A stretch of DNA of 64,000 bases from Octopus sinensis. Lineage: Eukaryota. Numbering within the stretch: position 1 is the first letter of the stretch; each line of letters begins with the position of its first letter. Positions 56,311 through 64,000 of the stretch are shown here, piece after piece. The DNA is taken from contig NC_042998.1 in assembly GCF_006345805.1 (NCBI RefSeq), forward strand, positions 115,320,001 through 115,384,000, written 5' to 3'. The notes under the pieces are model-generated. The model had not been told where the DNA came from. It did not search any database and was given only the letters and a program-made list of their open reading frames with translations. The position numbers and the translations under genes were made by a program.

Positions 56311-57064
56311 ATATATATATATATATGGGTCTCTGTGTGTGGTGGGAGATGGATGGATAAATAGATGGACACACCTCTCCGTTCTCTATTAATACACTCC
56401 CTCATACAATCTCTCTTTCTGTAATACTTTCTTCATCCCCTCCTTCTGTCTTCTCCTTTCTTCATCTCCTCCTTTGCCTCTCTCTCTCTCATTTCCCCTC
56501 TCTCTCTCTTCCTCTCTCTTTCCGTCTCCCTATCGTATTTACCTTCTCAAGTCATTGTACATCTCTTTTGCTCACGACTCTTCTTTCTACGCACATTCCA
56601 CGTCTCTCCTTTAGTCAGTGTCTTCCTTCTCTATCTATCGCTCACATTTTTCTCTCTTCCTCCATTTTCCATAAGCCTTTAATGATTATCTTTCTCATAT
56701 GATATATGATGTCTACGTGGAAAACTCTTCTTATACTACTGGTATTTTTCTTCGTTTTATTTCCTGTGTCAAAACAATACAATATCTACAGACATCAGCC
56801 CATACGTACATATTTACTCATATTCACTACACGCACACAAAACACACGTGTACACACACACGCGCATATATACACACATATACACATCCATACATATATA
56901 TTATCTCTTCTGTCCCACTCCTTCCCTCTTTCTTTCTTTCTCTCTGTCTCTCCCTCTCTCTCTCTGTCCGGTGCTTTCCACCGATCATTTTTCTCATTTG
57001 TGTGGTAGCTTCCCTTCATGTCATAGGTTGATTTTCTTTAATTCCCTTTCATTTCGATTCGGTA

Positions 57065-57135
<71 letters not shown>

Positions 57136-57379
57136 TACACTTATTTTCTCTTTCCGTATACTACTTTCTTTCTTGTTCTAAAAAATGATATAAGCGGCCG
57201 TGAGACTAGTAAATACGTGTTAGAGTTCTGTTGGTGTTACTGGTCTTCTGATTATTGATAATATTGCTACTGGTGCAACCATACATGTTAGTTATTATTT
57301 GTCATGTTTTTTTTATTCTTATTTTCTCATTTATTCATTTATTTATTTATTTATTTATTAACAAATTCATTTATAATTG

Positions 57380-57410
<31 letters not shown>

Positions 57411-57619
57411 TTCGAAGTTGTCTCTAATCAGAATTTCCAATCTATGGTTCAGGCGCTATCACCGTGCCTGCTACAATCTCATTGTGATTTCTATTAAATA
57501 ATTAATTCTTATTAATAGTATTTACATCAATTTCAACAAATATTTGTTGTTATTTATTTTATTTATACATTCAAGTATTTATAACCAAGATCGTAATCAC
57601 TCCTCCTTTCACTAACACC

Positions 57620-58450
57620 TACACCACCACCACCACCATAATCACCAGCAAAACTACCACCATCGCAACCACCACCGCTACTACCACCACCAGCACAACT
57701 GCCACCATCACCACCACCACCATCACCCACCACCACCAGCAAAACTACCACTACATCCACCACCACCACCACTATTACAACTACCACCATCACATCCCAC
57801 CACCACCACCACCAGCACAACTACCACTACAACCCCACAACCACCACCAGCACAACTACCACTACAACCACCACAATCACCACCACCACCAAATCACCAG
57901 CAAAACTACCACCATCGCAACCACCACCGCTACTACCACTACCAGCACAACTGCCACCATCACCACCACCACCATCACCCACCACCACCAGCAAAACTAC
58001 CACTACATCCACCACCACCACCACTATTACAACTACCACCATCACATCCCACCACCACCACCACCAGCACAACTACCACTACAACCACCACAACCACCAC
58101 CAGCACAACTACCACTACAACCACCACAATCACCACCACCACCAAACTACCACCGCAACCACCACCATCACTACAACCGCCGCCAACACCACAACCGCCG
58201 CCGTCACCACCACCACCACTACCAACAACACCACCCATTGCAACATTATGAACACTATCAACCACCACTATCACCACCACCATCAGCAACAACATAACCA
58301 CCAACACGACATACTGTACCAAAGATATCACTCGCACGTCTACCACCACTACCATTATCATAATCATCATTAACAACACTATAATGATACCACCAATACA
58401 ACCGCCGCAATCATCACCAATGACATGACCAATACTACTGATTTAACAAT
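57620..58450. repeat. (ACC)-rich low-complexity tract with ~252-bp tandem duplication
   Basis: atcaccagcaaaactaccaccatcgcaaccaccaccgctactacc starts at both 57641 and 57893 with continued near-identity. Confidence 0.85.
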
Positions 58451-58544
58451 ACCATCGATACAACCACCAATACTATCATATCAAGTCTGCCAATCGTATC
58501 AGCTGCAAAACCAATAATAATAGTTAACTTGTTAACTCCACTAA

Positions 58545-58992
58545 TACTCTTTTCTACTCTAGGCACAAGGCACGAAATTTTGTGGGAGGGAGCCAGTCGA
58601 TGAGATCGGCCCCTGTACGCAACTGGTACTTATTTTATCGACCCCGTAAAGATGAAAGGTAAAGTCAACCTCGGCGGAATTTGACCTCAGAACGTAAAGA
58701 CTGACGAAATACCACTAAGCATTTCGCCCGGCGTGCTAACGATTCTGCCAGTTCGCCGCCTTTAAAAATACAATAATAATCTTTTCTACTCGATACACAA
58801 GGCCCAAAAGTTTTGGAAAGGGGCCAGTCGATTAGATCGACCCCAGTAGGCAACTGGTACTTAATTTGTCGACCCGAAATGATGAAAGGCAAAGCTGACC
58901 TCTGTGAGATTGCAACTCAAAACGTAAGGAAAAACGAAATACCGCTAAGCATTTCGCCCGGCATGCTAACAATTCTGCCGGCTCGCCGCCAT
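58545..58992 (-). mobile_element. Two tandem SINE family A copies
   Basis: Two successive reverse-complement matches, each ending ..taagcatttcgcccggc.tgctaac.attctgcc.g.tcgccgcc. Confidence 0.88.
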
Positions 58993-59235
58993 ATTAATAC
59001 CACTAATACTAACACCGACACAATGTTATACCATCGATCAATCAAATATAGTTCCGGCACAAGCAATGTTGCCAATGGCGCCTATTTTTGTACTGTATCG
59101 CTAACATCACCAATAACACTACCAACACTACCGCAAACAGTACACTAGCAGTACTATTTTCAATACCCAACATAACATTAACATCGACATCACCGGCGCC
59201 ACCAGCACCTTCCTCCTCCTCTCCTCCTCCTCCTC

Positions 59236-59274
<39 letters not shown>

Positions 59275-60814
59275 TATCGTCGTCATCTTCGTCTACACCA
59301 AACACAGTAAAAGTCAATAAGATCTTTTAAATATTCCTGGCCGTATGGCATTGTTGGACGACAATACTTTCCACCGAAGCTTGCTTTTCTTTTTAATAGA
59401 AGATAGGCCGATTACTTTCATCGGTGATGGGCCTGGCAGAGTTAGTTTCTCATAAGGGCTTAATTATAGGCAGCAAATTGGTAGAATTTTTGGTGCTTTT
59501 CAAAGAAATGCCTTACAGAAAATGTTCCAGATCTGTTTCAGTCCAAACACTGCCAAGCTTAAGATTACAGGTCATCCTTTCGAGATCGATAAGGGAAGCA
59601 TCAATCATGAATTAGGATCGATTCTTCTCTCTCCTTCTCTCGTGCATTCTATTGCTCTTTCTGCCTGTCTGTCCGTCCACCTTTCTCTCTCTCTCTCTCT
59701 CACGCTGTCTATCTGTCTGTCTCTGTCTGTAGTCTCTCTCGCTCTCTCTTTCTCTCTATCTCTTAGAATTACCTTCGTAATTAATTTGTGAGAAGTTTCG
59801 AGAAGAAGAAGAAAGATAAAAAAAGGACAAGTCTTGGTACCACCACCACAACCACCACCACTACTACCACCACCATTGTCACCACCACGAACTTACTTCC
59901 AAACCATAAGTGTAGATAACATCATCATAACTGCATAATTGCTTTCAAATCATAAGTGTACTTAAGACCACCCACCACCACAATAAACACCACCAACGCA
60001 ATATCTACAACTGCAGTAACCATCACCATCACCAGCAGCAGCAGCACCACCACCACCACCACCACCACTACTACAAATGCCACACCATTGTCTTCAAACC
60101 ATACATATATGCACCACCACCAATAACACCACCACCGCCACCACATTATCGCCTTCATGTTTAAAGTGCAAAACATCACCACGGCCACCGCCGCCGTCGT
60201 CGCCATTGTACCACTATTTCATTCTTTCTAAAAGTGTATGTGACACCATGATAACCACCATCGCCAGACTATTGCCTTGAAACGATGAGACCAAGTCGAG
60301 ACGTTTTTATTTTGTTTTTACTTTAAACTGAAGACAACAGCAAACCCATCCCCCATTAATTTCACATGATAAGAATACGTGTGACTTAAAATAATATTAA
60401 GACCACGCAAGACTTACATAGGAAAAAGCGGAGACATAATCTTTTAAAACATCAGAAGGGATAGTCTTCAGGGAATTTATTCACATTTTAAAACAAAATA
60501 ACATAAAACATGGTTTAAAAAATTGTCATTTTCTCTTGATCTTCTTTGATTAAAAGCTTAAATATCTTGTTAAAAATATACATTAAATAATGTTGAAAAC
60601 TGAAATTCAAAGCTGTTTGATACTATATGATCGTACACAGACGGACTTAAATACACACACACTATACAAATATGCATATATTTGTATGCAAACGTGCATG
60701 TGTGTGTATTTGAGTGTATGTATGTATGTATGTATGTATGTTGTATGTATGTATGTATGTATGTATGTATGTATGCATGTTTGTTTGTACGTGTATATAC
60801 ATATATATATATAT

Positions 60815-60854
<40 letters not shown>

Positions 60855-61415
60855 AGAGAGAGAGAGAGAGAGAGAGATCAGAGACAGAAAATAGCGTTCA
60901 GGAGATTCTTTATTGAAATCCACTACAATTATTTGGACTGATCCCGCAACTGTATCTAACAGACGAGATACTGAGCAACCAATTGCCTCTCATCAGTGGC
61001 GTAGATGGGTAACGTTTTAAACGGGTAACATTTTAAACAAGAACCTCGATCTTTGTTCTCGCCATTTCACCCAACTCCATTGTGTACTGCTAAAATGTAG
61101 CAGAATTCACAATTGATTGTACTGCTTCTCACCTGTGAGGTAGAGATGCAGGATGAATCGAAACAATTGTAGCGGATTTGAATAATGAATTTCGTGAGTT
61201 TTATTCTCGGTCCCTGATGCATTTATATAAACCTTACGGAGAACAAAGAATCCCTGAATTAAATCGAGTAACATAGGCATCACTACTGATGCTGATGTCA
61301 GGTTGCCAATAACTGGACGTGCTTTACACAGCATCGAGCAAGGTTTATACCTGAATATCATAATGGAATCTTAACGATATATATATATAGATAATATAAA
61401 TATATATTTATATTC

Positions 61416-61501
<86 letters not shown>

Positions 61502-61561
61502 CTAATGTAGGATAAAATTTTCTTCGAAAAAGTAAGTATCTCATTTAATTCTTTTGCCACA

Positions 61562-61618
61562 TGTATCACTGACGAAGGGAGGGCTGTTATGAGCTAACCC
61601 TGAAATCGGTCCGATATG
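61562..61618 (+). ncRNA. Type I hammerhead ribozyme motif, intact core
   Basis: UGUAUCA-CUGACGA-AGGG(A GGGCU GUUAUG AGCU AA)CCCU-GAAA-UCG-GUC-CGAUAUG; stem I 6 pairs beyond one A-C mismatch; stem II closed by A-U. Confidence 0.65.
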
Positions 61619-61755
61619 GTAATAATGGAACTTTTTAGACATTCTGTCGACCTTTTTTCGAGTAGCGTGCGTACTGTGAAAAAATTATATGGTTAATGGA
61701 CAATATGTCCAATTTTTCGGCATATTTGACATTCTTTGCACTTATTTACGAATTG

Positions 61756-61843
<88 letters not shown>

Positions 61844-62136
61844 GCAGCGAGACCCCTTCGCATGGAAGATCGGTAATTGTCGTGCGCTGATGACGGGTAA
61901 ATATCCAGAAACCCTGGTCCGTACGTATCACGTCAGGTCGACAATAGGAAGGATGGCTTCCTTTTGCAAATACTGATATGGCACAGAAAGTGTGTCGATA
62001 GCCAGCTGGAGAAGATGTTTTCCTGGTGCTACAAGCTACAGTAGCATCCACCCTTAGTGGTCAGCCACATTTAAGTGGTGAATATACTTCACATTGTCGT
62101 GCAGCTACTGTTTATACCTCGTTCACAGATTTATCG
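61844..62136 (+). mobile_element. Hammerhead-bearing short element (retrozyme-like family, copy 2)
   Basis: Between (TATG)n and (TA)n tracts; hammerhead at 61881-61925; block 61956-62033 homologous to 7947-8023 reverse complement. Confidence 0.65.
61881..61925 (+). ncRNA. Type I hammerhead ribozyme motif, intact core
   Basis: CGUGCG-CUGAUGA-C-GGGU(AAAU)AUCC-A-GAAA-CCCUG-GUC-CGUACG; 6-bp stem I; ACCCUGGU one change from the palindrome ACCCGGGU. Confidence 0.78.
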
Positions 62137-62190
<54 letters not shown>

Positions 62191-62940
62191 TCAGACATTC
62201 TAAAAGTTAAAACTGCAAAAACATCACAGAATTGTTACTCAGAGTCTCCCGTTTCCGCTCGTCGGACAGTTATAATAAAGAGTTCTATTTTTCCACATAG
62301 TTTTGTACTCACGTGCTTACTCGTGTGTTTGTGTGTGTGTCTCTGTGTGTGTGTGTGTGTGTCTGTGCATAATTCATAATTGAGAAACACCACCTATACC
62401 AGATAAAAATTCATGAATACGTAAAAAAACTGTCATAACTTGACATTAAACATATCAATCTCTAATCCTTTTCCACGCTCCTTAATTTTGTCAATCTTCT
62501 AGCTTATTTACTTCTATTGTATTACTTACCATTTTTGCATCACTTTTATGTTCTTCTTTCCCAGATTAATAATTTATTACTCTTTTCTCAACTGTAATAT
62601 GTTTTTCCAGGTTCTTCATTATTAAAATATCTGATTGTCAGAAGGCATTAGGTCATTAGTGCTATCGAAAAATAGAGGAAACGGAATTGGAAGTTAAAAA
62701 ATAAACATATGCTAAACACCTTTCAAAATTATCGTGAATACATAGATATACAAAGGGTAGAAGAATGGTGTGATAGTGAAACAGGGTAATCTCCGAACGT
62801 GTGAAACTAACCCGTGTACGTTTTTTCCTACCTTCATAATTTTTTTAATTTCCTTTCCTCTCTTCCTTCTCTTTCCAATCTCTCAAAGACTTTCTTCTAA
62901 TATTTGAAGAGCACTGTGTCCGAAACGCTATGAAGGAAGG

Positions 62941-62980
<40 letters not shown>

Positions 62981-63289
62981 TTCAACACAAGAACTCATAT
63001 AACGAATCTTGCAAACCAAATCCAAAAACGAAATACACACACACACACGCGCGCGCGCGCGCATGTAATTGTGTGTATGTGTCTGTGTTTGAATGGTGTC
63101 TGCTGATAACTTTGATTCCTTCAATTGGTTTCAAAAACTACTTTTACAAGAAAATTCGCAGATGATAGCGATTTTGCAAAGCATATTTACAGATTGTTAT
63201 ATTGTAAAAGATTTATCGACATTTCAACTGCATTGCAATACGCCTGGCTTTCCATGGCAGTACAACATACATATGTACAGACACACACA

Positions 63290-63332
<43 letters not shown>

Positions 63333-63689
63333 GCTCACATTGACTAAAATTATGTTAATATTTAAGAGTTGAACTTGTAAAACCTCTTCCCGGAAGCCAA
63401 AATCTTTGTGTCAGGATGCTCTTTAACTTCCGTCTTAGAAAAATACGTACACCAAATACCTAGGTATTAATGGAAATATATATTACAAATTTATTATCAA
63501 CAACGATAGTGCATCCAAAGAGTATCCGAAGAGTATTATGCCAGACTTTCCTCTTACAGCAATACAGTATCCTACAATACAAAAACCTGAATGAGAAATA
63601 CATTACATAGCACAGAAATATTATGCATGGGTATGTCTCCTATGTACTAAAAAGGGATAAAAATACTAACATCAAGTGTAACCTTCCTT

Positions 63690-64000
63690 GGATTAGCGGC
63701 TGCTACATTATGTCGCATTTTGAAGGCTAAACTTTCGAAATCCAAGGACAAGAGTTAGTTACGAAATATCTCCAGAAATAAACGGACAGTGAAACCCTTA
63801 AAATCCTATGATGCAACGGAAAGTGTCAATTATGTCGCTCTTCTGAGGAGAATATTACGCATGCAATCAGCAGTTCTCTAAAAGTATCAGGGAAGATAAA
63901 CAATGCCATCCGTAGAGTAGACTGCATTGAGATAAATATAAACACCACCTGTTCAATTAGCACAAGGTATACTGGTACAACATACCCATGAAAACTTTAA
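63690..64000 (+). mobile_element. Decayed RLE-type LINE fragment related to 50523-50958, running off the window
   Basis: EG*TFEIQGQELVTKYLQ..CNGKCQLCRSSEENITHAISS..YWYNIPMKT. Confidence 0.7.

Noticed and set aside
57563-58379. Gly/Val-rich minus-strand ORFs and a possible Thr-rich mucin-like exon
   Set aside because: Low-complexity ACC repeat with frame-breaking indels and no convincing splice sites.

Overview
Eukaryotic, AT-rich, repeat-saturated DNA with a 100-N assembly gap at 8450-8549. The dense (TA)n/(CA)n/(GATA)n/(TATG)n/(TAA)n microsatellites and the tRNA-derived SINE families look like an Octopus (coleoid cephalopod) intergenic or deep-intronic region; this taxon call is pattern recognition, not a database result. 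I found no host protein-coding exon I can support, and most ORFs in the track are microsatellite translations. Recognisable content: 5'-truncated LINE fragments (RTE, Tx1/L1, R4/Dong-like and other RLE-type, CR1-like), a decayed Tc1-type transposase with DD36E spacing, two mariner relics, hAT-type and foldback MITEs, a probable non-autonomous Helitron, many SINEs and a U2 snRNA 5' fragment. The most interesting signal is a set of type I hammerhead-ribozyme motifs. Three have intact CUGANGA/GAAA/GUC cores (8053-8099 minus, 61562-61618 plus, 61881-61925 plus). Two of these belong to one diverged ~250-290 bp retrozyme-like element family with structure-preserving stem changes. Two Penelope-like termini carry hammerhead folds with a shared A6U core variant. 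Also notable are an RTE 3' fragment enclosed by 35-bp inverted repeats and an apparently young Tx1 copy embedded in (GATA)n. Coordinates were read by eye and element boundaries are approximate.
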